Shown: positions 24,601-33,075 of the stretch, in pieces
Position numbering within the stretch: position 1 is the first letter of the stretch
Layout: each line of letters opens with the position of its first letter
DNA from: a virus
Lineage: Duplodnaviria; Caudoviricetes
Direction: 5' to 3' (one strand)
Length of the DNA stretch: 33,075 nt
IMG/VR virus record: IMGVR_UViG_3300025517_000005
Span: 1-33,075 of that record
Made by a program: the position numbers and the translations under genes
The notes under the pieces: generated by a model
Told to the model about the DNA's origin: nothing
What the model saw: only the letters and a program-made list of their open reading frames with translations
Databases searched by the model: none

Positions 24601-25938
24601 AAGTTAAAGAGTGCCATGAAGTCTATTGGTAATGCAATGATTGAAGGCTTAGCTGCAGGTGTTAATGGAGTACGTAAAGGAATTAACTGGATTTTAGATA
24701 AGGTTCATGCGCCAAAAAAATTGCACATCCCAAAATGGGATCCTCCACACTATGCGAAGGGTACTGATAATCATCCTGGTGGACCGGCGGTTGTGTCAGA
24801 TGGAAAAGGCAAAAATGTTCAGGAATTGATCACGCTCCCTGATGGCCAAGCATTTTTATCTCCACTGCGTGAAACAGTCATGAACTTGCCAAAAGGTGCA
24901 AGCGTACTGAATGCCGATGCGACTGCTCAACTATTGTCGATGATGCCGCGCTATGCTAGCGGAACCGGGTGGATGCAAAATCTATGGGATGGAACAAAAA
25001 ACGTTACGTCAAAAGTATGGAATAGTGCAAAAAGATTCAGCAAAAACATCGTAGACGGTGCAAAAACCATCTGGGATTATGCTAGTAATCCAAGCAAATT
25101 GGTCGATAAAGCGATTGACACTTTTTCTAACTTTTCGGATCTTAGCCAGCCAACACTTGGGATAGTGAAAGGTGCAGTATCGACAGCAAAAAGAGGCGCA
25201 GTCAATTGGATTAAAAGCCTAATGCTTGCTGGAAACCCGTCCGGATCCGGCGTGGAAAGATGGCGCTCATATGTCATACGTGCATTAGAGATGAACGGTT
25301 TGTCAACTGCAAAATCCATGGTTGAAAAGGTTCTGCGACAAATCAAGACGGAGTCCGGTGGTGATCCGAAAGCCATACAACACGGTTATACGGATATCAA
25401 CACAAGGACCGGGGACCTGGCTAAGGGCTTAATGCAGACGATTTCTGCAACGTTTAACGCATATAAATTTCCAGGGCACTCCAATATTTTTAATGGCTTT
25501 GACAACCTACTGGCTGCACTTAACTATGCAAAGCATCGTTATGGCAAAAATTTATCCGGCCTTGGCGAAGGGCACGGATATGCAAATGGCGGGTTTGTCT
25601 TTACAGAGCAGCTTGCCCGGGTTGCGGAGGGAAACAAACCGGAAGCAATCATACCACTTGATAGACTTAAAAGAACTAGAGCATTACAGCTATTATCACA
25701 AACTCAAAAAGCTTTGGGAGTTGGTTCGCAAAGCCAAAGCAACTCATCAGCCGCGGATTTATCTGCTTTAATCCAGCGTCAGGACCAGCAAATATCTTTG
25801 ATGCAGCAAACGATTGATTTACTTATGAAAATATTACAGAAAAATAATGTGATTAAAATTGATGCAGATGCCCTTGAAAAAAATGTAAGCAAGCGGCAAG
25901 CTGCAAATTACAATAATGCTGCCTATATGATGGGGTGA
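21631..25938 (+). CDS. Tape measure protein with C-terminal lytic transglycosylase domain
   Basis: 1435 aa; TP901-type core (TKYSATEAAQGIEELVKAG, AGTSLKTML); W/F-periodic repeats; TESGG...KGLMQT. Confidence 0.96.
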   Translation: MAGDQPLGNMVIGVSMEGTQFANTLKEIRGQVRQAQSAMKANLTVISGAGDKYETLRAKVKSLNEVMAVNQREIDMLRKKHREAIKTYGEGSEQVSKLASQVNNAVAKQSAWSRQLDQAKSKLSGMDSPISKFSSRLNDISERAKSVGGKVKEMSDGITQTFAPATIAIGAGLGAAAKQAMDFESQMSAVKSVMAPDEVKKYGGALEDLAVTMGAKTKYSATEAAQGIEELVKAGVKTTDIIHGGLSGALNLATAGELDLKDAAEIASTALNAFRKDNISVTRAADLLAGAANASATDVEELKYGLSAVSAVASGVGLSFEDTTTALAAFAQNGLKGQDAGTSLKTMLLNLSPSTKSAADMMDSLGLAARNTSSAYNWLVDRGIKPASHSANDIEASLQRLAKIQAGAGASASKVKNEYQELAKNSGFASSAFYDQNGKLKSLSKISGLLHDRLKNLSEEQRQYALKTMFGTDAIRAANILYKEGAKGIEDMNGAMNKIKAADVAKKKMDNLKGSIEQLKGSLETAGISVGQALTPAIKKTAEIVQNIVDKFNALPKPVQHAAAISAALLAVILTLVTGFGFLTSGISSLVIAYGTLAGGMAATTGVIAAEGAAATAAGASTGILAGAISLLTSPVTLTIAAIAALGVAFVLAYNKIKPFHAFMNSIGSAIGRAVNFVRQFTTAIMQMLQGNWAGGADLLSKIGLSDSAVQKTINIVTKIQSAFNTLKAYLQQALSAIGSFVMSKISQIKSFWDQNGATIIQAIKNVFKVITVIVKVALAILGPIFKAGFAIIVAVVKSVWGNIKGIISGALKIIEGVVLVFSGLFTGHWKTMWSGIKSIFSGAIQYVWNLVQLIWIGKMLKTAKAFVGPFKSLFKTLWTALKTIFSSPVKWIVNLVKNGFGSMNKFASSFSGGLKTVMTKMWTALKGIFSLPIGTIKSLLKTGFTSMKNSSVNIFNSMKHGASKIWNSMISTIKSLPGRMATGLKNGASKLKSAMKSIGNAMIEGLAAGVNGVRKGINWILDKVHAPKKLHIPKWDPPHYAKGTDNHPGGPAVVSDGKGKNVQELITLPDGQAFLSPLRETVMNLPKGASVLNADATAQLLSMMPRYASGTGWMQNLWDGTKNVTSKVWNSAKRFSKNIVDGAKTIWDYASNPSKLVDKAIDTFSNFSDLSQPTLGIVKGAVSTAKRGAVNWIKSLMLAGNPSGSGVERWRSYVIRALEMNGLSTAKSMVEKVLRQIKTESGGDPKAIQHGYTDINTRTGDLAKGLMQTISATFNAYKFPGHSNIFNGFDNLLAALNYAKHRYGKNLSGLGEGHGYANGGFVFTEQLARVAEGNKPEAIIPLDRLKRTRALQLLSQTQKALGVGSQSQSNSSAADLSALIQRQDQQISLMQQTIDLLMKILQKNNVIKIDADALEKNVSKRQAANYNNAAYMMG

Positions 25939-26771
25939 TTGATTGCATGGAAGAATTAACAATCACAAAACTGGATGGAACAAAACAAACTGTAAGCGAA
26001 ATAAATGGTGCATATTTGCTTGATGTAATTGATAGTGGGCCGCAACCGTCAACCACGTATGAACAAATCGCTGGATCCGATGGAAATATAGATAACGGAA
26101 CTACATTTGGGACAAGAAACATCACTGCAAAATTTTATTTAGATGCGAAAGACTATATCGACTATACGCTTGCCCAGAAGGAAACTTGGCAAGCGTTATT
26201 TGATTATGATCCATATTACATTACCTGGTCGCGAATGCCTGGAATAAGGTTTTTAGTCCATATCAAGCCGTTTGAATTTTCCAGTATAAGCCAAATGTCA
26301 GGAACCTTTGATATTGATTTTGAAGCTTTCAAAGGATTTGGAGAGAGCGTTGGCAGAACGGATGAAGATTCAATTGATATGGATAGTGAAGTGTGGCAAA
26401 TGGTCGGACAAGGGTTTGTTCTCGACAAGGATTTGGTTTATACCAATATCCCTGGGAATAGTTTTAAAATATTTAATGCTGGAGATATTACAATTGATCC
26501 ACGTAAGCACGACTTGACTATCAGCATTCAAGGGATTGGCACTCCGACTTTGAAAAATCTTACGACCGGTGACTTATTTACTTACAATAAATCCCTTTCT
26601 GCGGGGGATGTGTTAACGATTGACGGCGTCTACCCTTTACTTAACGGCGCCCACTGCGGTCGCGACACAAACCATGGCTTACTTACTCTATTACCAGGAT
26701 GGAATCAAATCAGTTTAACCGGGCTTAATAATCCGGTTTCTACTTTTGGATTTAGATTCCTATATAAGTAG
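25935..26771 (+). CDS. Distal tail protein (Dit)
   Basis: Follows tape measure; GSDG, IFNAGDITIDPR, LTLLPGWNQI, FRFLYK. Confidence 0.88.
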   Translation: MIDCMEELTITKLDGTKQTVSEINGAYLLDVIDSGPQPSTTYEQIAGSDGNIDNGTTFGTRNITAKFYLDAKDYIDYTLAQKETWQALFDYDPYYITWSRMPGIRFLVHIKPFEFSSISQMSGTFDIDFEAFKGFGESVGRTDEDSIDMDSEVWQMVGQGFVLDKDLVYTNIPGNSFKIFNAGDITIDPRKHDLTISIQGIGTPTLKNLTTGDLFTYNKSLSAGDVLTIDGVYPLLNGAHCGRDTNHGLLTLLPGWNQISLTGLNNPVSTFGFRFLYK

Positions 26772-26779
26772 GTGATAGC

Positions 26780-28189
26780 ATGGACTTAATTGTAAATAAC
26801 GGCATAGACGAGGAAATCCTGGTTGATTTTAATGTGGATGACTTTGCAGAGGATTGGGAGAAAAATAGTGCTTGGTCAGTTAGCTTTAGCGTGACAAAGA
26901 CAAACAAAAATGCCTACACGTTTAACATGCTGCAACAAGAAGCAATGATTAAACTAGAGGGCCAGTGGTTTGTTATTAAGCAGCTGGAGCCAACAGCAAG
27001 CGGTAAGGTGCTATCAAAATCCATTACGGCCAACCATATTTATTTTACATGCCAAGATCATCGGCAGTACAATCAAAAATCACAGACATGGAGCATTGAG
27101 GATGCACTCCACTGGACTTTTGACGGGAATAAACTCGGTTTTACGTGGGAAGCAGTTGGCAATTTTGAAAAGGTTCAAATGGACAATTTTGGGGATGCTA
27201 ACGCTCTTAGCATGGTCGAAACTATCCTAAGTAGTTTTAACGCGGTTTTAGATGCTGATAACAAGCATCTTATTTTTTATGCTCCGGACAGTTGGGGGCA
27301 AGTTACCAATAATCAATTTCGGTATCTGTACAACACCGACACGGTTAACTGCCAAATTGATACAACCAACCTAAAAACAGTCATTCGCGGATATGGAAAA
27401 CAGAATGATGATGGAACCTATGTTTTTCCCTTTGTGACTTATAAAAGCCCATATGTAGCGCAATGGGGAGAGCGCCATGCCGACCCTATTCGGGATGATC
27501 GGTTTACAAGTGCAAGCTCCATGCTTGCTTATTTGCCAAGCCAGTTGCAGGACACGCCAGCCGTCACATTGTCTATAACAGTAAAACGTAAGGAAGAAAT
27601 CAATAAGGGCGATCATTGGTTATTAATTTACGAACCTATGAATTTTGACACCGATGTCGAAGTGATCGGATATAAAAAATATCCTTTCTCTAAATACAAA
27701 CCACCGGAAGTGACATTTAGCAACGATGCAAAGGATATGACGGGCATTTTGTCCAGTTTTAACCGTGTGGGGAAAATCGTTAACACAGCAATCGATAAAA
27801 GTGGCAACGTAAAAACGTCTGCCATCAGCCGGCTTCCGGATAATAAAGTATCCGTTGGACCCAGTACGGCATTTGCCCCAGGGTATGATCCCACACAGCT
27901 GGATATCCCGCATTATTCGCTGGCCACACCTACATCAGATGGGTTGATGGCCGCGGCGGATAAGCAAAAGCTAAATTTGATTGTTGTGGATGATAACGGG
28001 AACGTAGTAGTAGACATCCCACTTGCAGCAGCTAATCAAGATGGATTGATGAGCAAAGAGGATTTTGCCAAACTGGGAAGGATCCTTTTTTCGGGTTCGG
28101 GAACGGTGGATTTGCAAACGGTTTTGCAAACATTGCAGGACCATGAAAACAGAATCGCTGCTTTAGAAAATGGAGGTGGTACAGGATGA
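26780..28189 (+). CDS. Tail-associated Tal / prophage endopeptidase-family protein with C-terminal extension
   Basis: QFRYLYNTD..IDTTNLKTVIRGYGK, PIRDDRF; two DGLM repeats. Confidence 0.85.
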   Translation: MDLIVNNGIDEEILVDFNVDDFAEDWEKNSAWSVSFSVTKTNKNAYTFNMLQQEAMIKLEGQWFVIKQLEPTASGKVLSKSITANHIYFTCQDHRQYNQKSQTWSIEDALHWTFDGNKLGFTWEAVGNFEKVQMDNFGDANALSMVETILSSFNAVLDADNKHLIFYAPDSWGQVTNNQFRYLYNTDTVNCQIDTTNLKTVIRGYGKQNDDGTYVFPFVTYKSPYVAQWGERHADPIRDDRFTSASSMLAYLPSQLQDTPAVTLSITVKRKEEINKGDHWLLIYEPMNFDTDVEVIGYKKYPFSKYKPPEVTFSNDAKDMTGILSSFNRVGKIVNTAIDKSGNVKTSAISRLPDNKVSVGPSTAFAPGYDPTQLDIPHYSLATPTSDGLMAAADKQKLNLIVVDDNGNVVVDIPLAAANQDGLMSKEDFAKLGRILFSGSGTVDLQTVLQTLQDHENRIAALENGGGTG

Positions 28190-29874
28190 GATGGCCATAT
28201 GAAAAGATTGGGGTTACTACGACAAGAGCATTTCGTAATTTGCTCAACAAGATCCACGGTGATATTGCAGACGATATGCAAGAGCATAAAGACCGAGCAG
28301 ATAACATCCAGGCGCAGGTAGACAACCTTGTCGCGGACGGCGACAGCAGCCCGGAAGCAGCCCAGGCAAGAGTTGGCGTGGACGGGACAAATTACACAAC
28401 GTTAAAGCAAAGGTTGGACACAGAACATGCGGACGTTACCGCGCAGTTGGCGGAGAAAGTTAAGAAAGATGATTATTTAAGCTTTAAAACACTTCCATAC
28501 AATCCTATTCCTCCAAAACAAGGAATAAAGACTAATACACCTAAAATTATAAAAAAAACAAATACTAATCAATTAGTTTTGGTGCAAAGAGCAAATAAAG
28601 GGTACTTAGTTTACAACTTACAAAGTGGGGATGGAGATACTTCCTCGACAAGTGTTGGCACAACTTGGGATTTATTAAGACTTAGAAAGGTAGAGTATTC
28701 CCCATTATCATATGTTTGGTGGGATAAAGCGCCAACTGCTGGTACATTATCCACTTATTTGGAAGGAGGAATTAATAGTGGTCAGGAGCAAGGTTATTTT
28801 GGTGCAAGGTTAACGACAAACTCAGGGATATCCGATGACGGAACTGGAAATGGGTTTAGCGTAAAATCACTTGCTCCAGGTAAAAGTGTAACATTCGACA
28901 TTGAAGCAAGCTACGAATCTTTAATGAATATGTTATTTTTAGGTAGTAGTGGGTCGAGTTCGAGTGTTGACATCTTGGTTAACGGATCTGTTATAAAAAA
29001 CATCAATCCGCAACTTTATCGACTCCCGACACAAGGGAATTATGCAGTAGTTGATTTTGATGTTCCAAGAGCAAACTTCGTTGACCAAAAAACAATATCA
29101 ATTCAGGTGAGAAATAATGACGGTTCAAACCCTTTTTACTTTTGCTGCTTTAACTTTTTTGAGTTAAAACATTATAAAGGCGGAACCGTCAATAAGTTCA
29201 AATCTTTTTTATCCGGAAAATTATTTATGGATTCTAATGGAGCAAGTGATTACGCCATTTTTGACCATGACTTACAAAAATGGTGTGGGAGTTTTCACGG
29301 AGGAGAAACAAGCGAATATTTAAGAGTAATGTGGAAGAATTTAATTGACGGGTTAGAGGAAACGGAAACGATGGTTAATTTTAGCGATGTAGCTGCTAAT
29401 AGTTGGTATATAGCTAATCAGTTTCGAATTTGGCAAAAGACAAATATTAATAATAAAGCTAAGATGACATCCATATTTGACTTTAATACTGACGGAAGCG
29501 TGGAAATGAAGTTCGGGTTATCTAACTGCTCAATTGTTATGGAGAATTTCTATACTGCCTTAACTTGTACACATACGGGATTTCAACATATTAGTTATCC
29601 AGATATTGTACAACTAACTTCAAATGTTGATAATTACTTTGATTATGCTATGGGAGAAATTACACAATATAATGCAGCAGATTCACTGGATTTAAACATT
29701 CGTTATACAACATTCCCTCGTTATCTGGGAGATAGTCGGATAAATCCATATATTACACTCAATTCATCATATGCTAAATTTTACTATGGTGTAATTGCTG
29801 GCTCAGTTAATGCCCCGTTTAATATTAAAAATCTAACTTTTGCAAAGGGATTAGATTTCTCGATTAGAAAATAG
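28186..29874 (+). CDS. Putative receptor-binding / tail-fibre protein with a conserved-type N-terminal anchor and AT-rich variable C-terminus
   Basis: EAAQARVGVDGTNYTTLKQRLD...TAQLAE N-terminus; last tail gene before lysis; composition shift after about 28450. Confidence 0.75.
   Translation: MRWPYEKIGVTTTRAFRNLLNKIHGDIADDMQEHKDRADNIQAQVDNLVADGDSSPEAAQARVGVDGTNYTTLKQRLDTEHADVTAQLAEKVKKDDYLSFKTLPYNPIPPKQGIKTNTPKIIKKTNTNQLVLVQRANKGYLVYNLQSGDGDTSSTSVGTTWDLLRLRKVEYSPLSYVWWDKAPTAGTLSTYLEGGINSGQEQGYFGARLTTNSGISDDGTGNGFSVKSLAPGKSVTFDIEASYESLMNMLFLGSSGSSSSVDILVNGSVIKNINPQLYRLPTQGNYAVVDFDVPRANFVDQKTISIQVRNNDGSNPFYFCCFNFFELKHYKGGTVNKFKSFLSGKLFMDSNGASDYAIFDHDLQKWCGSFHGGETSEYLRVMWKNLIDGLEETETMVNFSDVAANSWYIANQFRIWQKTNINNKAKMTSIFDFNTDGSVEMKFGLSNCSIVMENFYTALTCTHTGFQHISYPDIVQLTSNVDNYFDYAMGEITQYNAADSLDLNIRYTTFPRYLGDSRINPYITLNSSYAKFYYGVIAGSVNAPFNIKNLTFAKGLDFSIRK
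28433..28450 (+). repeat. Left arm of 18-bp imperfect inverted repeat
   Basis: ACGTTACCGCGCAGTTGG; 15/18 to the reverse complement of 29881-29898. Confidence 0.75.
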
Positions 29875-29880
29875 TCGGAT

Positions 29881-29898
29881 CAAACTACGCGGTAACAT
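29881..29898 (-). repeat. Right arm of 18-bp imperfect inverted repeat
   Basis: Minus strand ATGTTACCGCGTAGTTTG, 6 bp after the gene's stop codon. Confidence 0.75.
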
Positions 29899-29911
29899 GA
29901 CGAATTAAATT

Positions 29912-29939
29912 AAGCACTCCCAATGGGGTGCTTTTTATT
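29912..29939 (+). terminator. Intrinsic terminator between tail and lysis genes
   Basis: AAGCACTCC-CAAT-GGGGTGCTT followed by TTTATT. Confidence 0.8.
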
Positions 29940-29995
29940 ATGCTCAAATAAGGAGGCGGATCAAAAATTGCATTAAACATAGACAGATTGGGGGT

Positions 29996-30280
29996 GTGGA
30001 TCCATTGGAGGCGGATCAGCAGGTGGATATCTGGCGGGAGACACTGCAGAAAGACCTAGAAGCCATAAAGACCGAGCAGGTAAATATGAAAAGCGACATT
30101 CGGCGCCTGCAAGACAAAGAACTTATGCAGGATCAGCAGATTGACAGCATAAAAGAGGATTTGAAAGAGATTAAAGAGGACACAAAATGGTTACGGCATG
30201 CCATTACAAATGCGCTTATTGTTGCGCTTATTGGCGGGGCCGTAGCCATTTTCTTTGCTGCCATTCAAAATTTTAATTGA
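29996..30280 (+). CDS. XhlA-like holin-associated protein
   Basis: Coiled coil, then IKEDTKWLR and one C-terminal transmembrane helix; lysis-module position. Confidence 0.75.
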   Translation: MDPLEADQQVDIWRETLQKDLEAIKTEQVNMKSDIRRLQDKELMQDQQIDSIKEDLKEIKEDTKWLRHAITNALIVALIGGAVAIFFAAIQNFN

Positions 30281-30293
30281 GGAGATGTTTGGA

Positions 30294-30683
30294 ATGAAGT
30301 ACTTATCTGATTTATCTTGGTGGAAACAAACAGCAACATTGGTTGGTGGTGTTTTAACCGCACTGATTGCCTTTTTTGGCGCACTAAACGTACATTTCCA
30401 GTGGCTTACAGCTGACTCGGTAAACGCGTTTGTATCGCTAATTGTGGCAATAGGTGCGCTGTTTGCTGGATCAATTGCAACAATCTTAAACACCTATCTG
30501 ACGAATAAAAAGAAAGAAGAGGCAACTCAGGTGGCGATCTCTTACGCACAGAACCCTACAACAGAAGATGCAGAAAGGGAAAGGATTAAAGCAATTGTGG
30601 AACAAGTATTGGCGGCACAAAATGCGGCTACTACACCGTCCAAAGAAAAAAATACAGCCACCACTGATACACCATCTAAATAA
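30294..30683 (+). CDS. Holin, two transmembrane helices
   Basis: Two hydrophobic helices, NTYL, charged C-terminus; GAGGAG RBS; upstream of lysin. Confidence 0.75.
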   Translation: MKYLSDLSWWKQTATLVGGVLTALIAFFGALNVHFQWLTADSVNAFVSLIVAIGALFAGSIATILNTYLTNKKKEEATQVAISYAQNPTTEDAERERIKAIVEQVLAAQNAATTPSKEKNTATTDTPSK

Positions 30684-30698
30684 GGAGGAGTGATCGAA

Positions 30699-31985
30699 TT
30701 GAATAGATTAACCAAAACCATCGGAGCGCTGGCCCTGGCAACAGGGTTGGCGTTTTCTTTTGCGCCAATTTCGCATGCCGCTATGCCAGACGTTGATTTT
30801 ATCGATGTGAGCCACTGGAACAATGATGATGGCCTACCTCTCTCTTTCTATCAGACTATGAAAGCAGGCGGTATTAATGCGGTAGTCGTAAAGGTTAGTG
30901 ATGGGCAATCTTATGTTGATCCTGCCGCATCCGTAAATATTGCAAATGCTAAGCAGGCCGGCATGGCGGTTCATGCTTATCATTACGCCCGGTTTAAAAG
31001 TACAGCACAGGCAAAGGCCGAAGCAAAGTGGTTTGATAAAAAGCTAAAGCTTGTTGGCTTTGATAAAAATAAAGATGGCCAAGTGGTAGTTGATGTAGAG
31101 GACAAGGCATTAGCAAGTCTTTCTGCAGCTACCCTTACAAAGATTACAAATGCGTTTGTAGCACAAATAAAGTCCCTAGGCTACAGCAAGATTGACTTGT
31201 ATACTGGTCACTCATTTTTTAACACTGAACTGCAGCCAAGCAAACTAACAATCTCTAAACCTTGGCTTGCCAGGTACCCTCTCTACCCGTCCACAGGACA
31301 GCCGACACCAGCCTGGTACAATGGGCAAAAAGGGGCTTGGCAGTGGTCAAGCACTTACAAGTTTACTGGCATTCCCGGCTACTTTGACGTGAGCCAGGAC
31401 TATGCCGGTAAGTACACAAACGTTGCTAAAGTCGACAACGCAACAAGCACAGGTGTGGTTAAAAAGATCGGATCCTTAAGCCTGGTCGATTATCTAAAAT
31501 CCAAGGGAAAAAGTGCAACGTTCAGCGCCCGCACCAAGTTGGCCAAGCAGTACGGCATTACAAACTACACTGGGACAGCCGCCCAAAACCTGGCATTGTT
31601 GAGCAAACTGAAATCCGGTGTTAAACCGGCCAAAACAAATATTGTCAATAGCAAACTGACAACATCCAGCAAGGTGCCGGCTAAAACATACACGGTTAAG
31701 CGTGGAGATACGCTGTCTGGCGTTGCTAAAAAATACGGTACCACAGTTGCCAGGTTAAAAAGCCTTAACGGCATCAAAAACGCTAATCTAATTTATGCTG
31801 GGCAAAAGCTAAAAATTTCCGGATCCGTGGCTGCCGAAAACACGAAATATGTAACCGTAAGAAGCGGGGATACTGTTTCGGAGTTGGCCGCAAAATATGG
31901 GTCTATGATCGCCAAAATCAAATCGTGGAACCACCTGGACAGCAGATATACGATTTACGTTGGCCAAAATCTGCGTGTAAAATAA
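30699..31985 (+). CDS. Endolysin: signal peptide, GH25 muramidase, DUF3597-like domain, two LysM domains
   Basis: [38 protein letters not shown]; SLVDYLK...YTGTAAQN; [10 protein letters not shown] and [10 protein letters not shown]; TTG start after AAGGAGG. Confidence 0.93.
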   Translation: MNRLTKTIGALALATGLAFSFAPISHAAMPDVDFIDVSHWNNDDGLPLSFYQTMKAGGINAVVVKVSDGQSYVDPAASVNIANAKQAGMAVHAYHYARFKSTAQAKAEAKWFDKKLKLVGFDKNKDGQVVVDVEDKALASLSAATLTKITNAFVAQIKSLGYSKIDLYTGHSFFNTELQPSKLTISKPWLARYPLYPSTGQPTPAWYNGQKGAWQWSSTYKFTGIPGYFDVSQDYAGKYTNVAKVDNATSTGVVKKIGSLSLVDYLKSKGKSATFSARTKLAKQYGITNYTGTAAQNLALLSKLKSGVKPAKTNIVNSKLTTSSKVPAKTYTVKRGDTLSGVAKKYGTTVARLKSLNGIKNANLIYAGQKLKISGSVAAENTKYVTVRSGDTVSELAAKYGSMIAKIKSWNHLDSRYTIYVGQNLRVK

Positions 31986-32041
31986 GGTGTCACGGGTAAA
32001 TTACTTTTACATCCTGGAGTCTGCTGGAGTCTGCTGCAAAG

Positions 32042-32072
32042 ATAAAGCCCTCGCATTTGCGGGGGCAAGTTT
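32042..32072. terminator. Probable bidirectional terminator between lysin and lipoprotein genes
   Basis: GCCCTCGCA / TGCGGGGGC stem at 32047-32066 between convergent genes. Confidence 0.7.
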
Positions 32073-32085
32073 GTGTGCTGCTTAT

Positions 32086-32802
32086 TTAATTTAATTTAGA
32101 TAGTTTAAGTGTTACATGCTCGTTTTTTCCTAATCTTTGTGTTCCGGTATCGCTATCGCCAGGAACTGTTTCAAATTCCCTATTATCATTTTTCTGTAAT
32201 AAATCAGGGGCTTCAAAATCGATGTTCAATTTTTGCGGCGTTTTATCCTGGTTTTCGAATTTGATAAAAATGAATCCTTTGTTAATGACCGGGCCACCAT
32301 AAGTAACTCCTGCTTCATTTTCCCCATTTGTCATATGGTCGATATCATCCCCGATTTCTTCAGCTGTATCAGTTATGATATCAATTTTTGTTCCCGAATA
32401 GTCAATGAATTTACCACTTTTGGTATTATCTCCTTCTTCGAGAAAAAGAAGCCCTTTTTCACCATCCGTATTTGTTGCAAGCTTTACTGCGTAATTAAGA
32501 ATGAAAGCTTCATCCTTGTTCTCCCCAAAAATAATCTGATACATGCCGTCATTAGTGGGCCCATTTAAATACTCTCCTGTAATCTCATATTTCCCTGTGT
32601 TTTCATCAACAAAAGTAGTGTTCTTTTTAGCTGCAACCAATATGTCGGATGTCGTTTTAGCTACCGGCCTTTTTTCTGTTTCTTCAGTCCTGGCTTTTGA
32701 TTCTCCTTTAGATGTTGAATTTGATTGTGTTGCGTTTCCCCCGCAGGCACTCAAACCAAATGTTAACAACCCTGTAATTCCAAAGATTATTGCTTTCTTC
32801 AT
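32086..32802 (-). CDS. Lipoprotein moron (238 aa), function unknown
   Basis: GAGGAGG RBS; MKKAIIFGITGLLTFG-LSAC lipobox; start reassigned from 32946 to 32802. Confidence 0.88.
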   Translation of the reverse strand: MKKAIIFGITGLLTFGLSACGGNATQSNSTSKGESKARTEETEKRPVAKTTSDILVAAKKNTTFVDENTGKYEITGEYLNGPTNDGMYQIIFGENKDEAFILNYAVKLATNTDGEKGLLFLEEGDNTKSGKFIDYSGTKIDIITDTAEEIGDDIDHMTNGENEAGVTYGGPVINKGFIFIKFENQDKTPQKLNIDFEAPDLLQKNDNREFETVPGDSDTGTQRLGKNEHVTLKLSKLN

Positions 32803-32845
32803 TCTTCTTCCTCCTCGTGTTTTTCTCTTTGAATTTTCAAGTTCA

Positions 32846-32877
32846 TGACCAAAATCATGACCAAAAAATGACCAAAA
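32846..32877 (+). promoter_or_regulatory. Putative integrase arm-type binding sites, right arm
   Basis: TGACCAAAA at 32846, 32858 and 32869. Confidence 0.72.
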
Positions 32878-32976
32878 ACATTTGAAAAGTAATGATAAAT
32901 TTTGAAAGTGAAATCTAGAAACTTCCTTATATATAGGCATTATCAAAAATCATGAAAGTAAAAAAATGTAAAACAC

Positions 32977-33075
32977 ATGTTCCGCACACAAGTCCACCAA
33001 TGGGAACGCGACCAGTATATCGAAATGTATTGAGCAAGAAACCCCTTGAAGCGTAAGGCTTTGAGGGGTTTCTGT
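32977..33075 (+). repeat. attR, right copy of 99-bp direct repeat (duplicated glnA 3' end and terminator)
   Basis: Identical to 1-99. Confidence 0.96.

Larger units (their letters stand above)
1..33075. mobile_element. Complete temperate prophage (siphovirus, HK97-type head, long non-contractile tail) integrated at the 3' end of glnA
   Basis: 99-bp terminal direct repeats; integrase at the left end; complete lysogeny, replication, packaging, head, tail and lysis order with no obvious disruption. Confidence 0.97.

Noticed and set aside
28186-29874. Diversity-generating retroelement or classic invertase shufflon at the tail fibre
   Set aside because: No reverse transcriptase, no TR/VR pair seen, no adjacent invertase, no alternative C-terminus on the reverse strand
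30285-30296. Dual-start holin motif (M-F-G-M)
   Set aside because: No charged residue between the methionines, and the first ATG abuts the SD sequence
32014-32036. CTGGAGTCTG tandem duplication after the lysin
   Set aside because: Two copies of a 10-mer, most simply a slippage duplication with no supporting context
32803-32946. 48-codon N-terminal extension of the lipoprotein
   Set aside because: Runs through att arm sites; the RBS and signal peptide define the start at 32802
1-33075. tRNA, rRNA, IS element or arbitrium (aimR/aimP) locus
   Set aside because: No cloverleaf, transposase or TPR-receptor/peptide pair recognised by eye

Overview
The window is one apparently intact temperate siphovirus prophage of about 33 kb from a Bacillaceae host (inferred from gene families and Shine-Dalgarno style). 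A perfect 99-bp direct repeat bounds it (1-99 and 32977-33075) and carries the 3' end of glnA plus its terminator, so the phage integrates at the glnA 3' end. Gene order: tyrosine integrase; ImmA-type protease behind a LexA-like box; accessory cassette (membrane-anchored DEDDh exonuclease, TerB-like/BRCT protein, small membrane protein); CI/Cro switch with five operators; early and replication genes with six iterons; Bro-N antirepressor; ArpU late activator; a second short tyrosine recombinase; HNH-terminase-HK97-type head; phi13-type tail with a -1 frameshift; two holin-like genes; signal-peptide GH25 lysin; lipoprotein moron. The most unusual observations are: (1) the AT-rich variable domain of the putative receptor-binding gene is bracketed by an 18-bp inverted repeat; (2) a duplicated stem-loop motif with a compensatory indel lies after xtrA/yqaO and in the terminator-containing arpU leader, a candidate protein+RNA antitermination system; (3) a stand-alone 72-aa ORF carries the portal C-terminal motif; (4) the TerB-like/BRCT plus membrane exonuclease pair may be a defence module; (5) two inverted 32-bp sites follow the second recombinase. 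All family calls come from reading motifs by eye; no searches were run.
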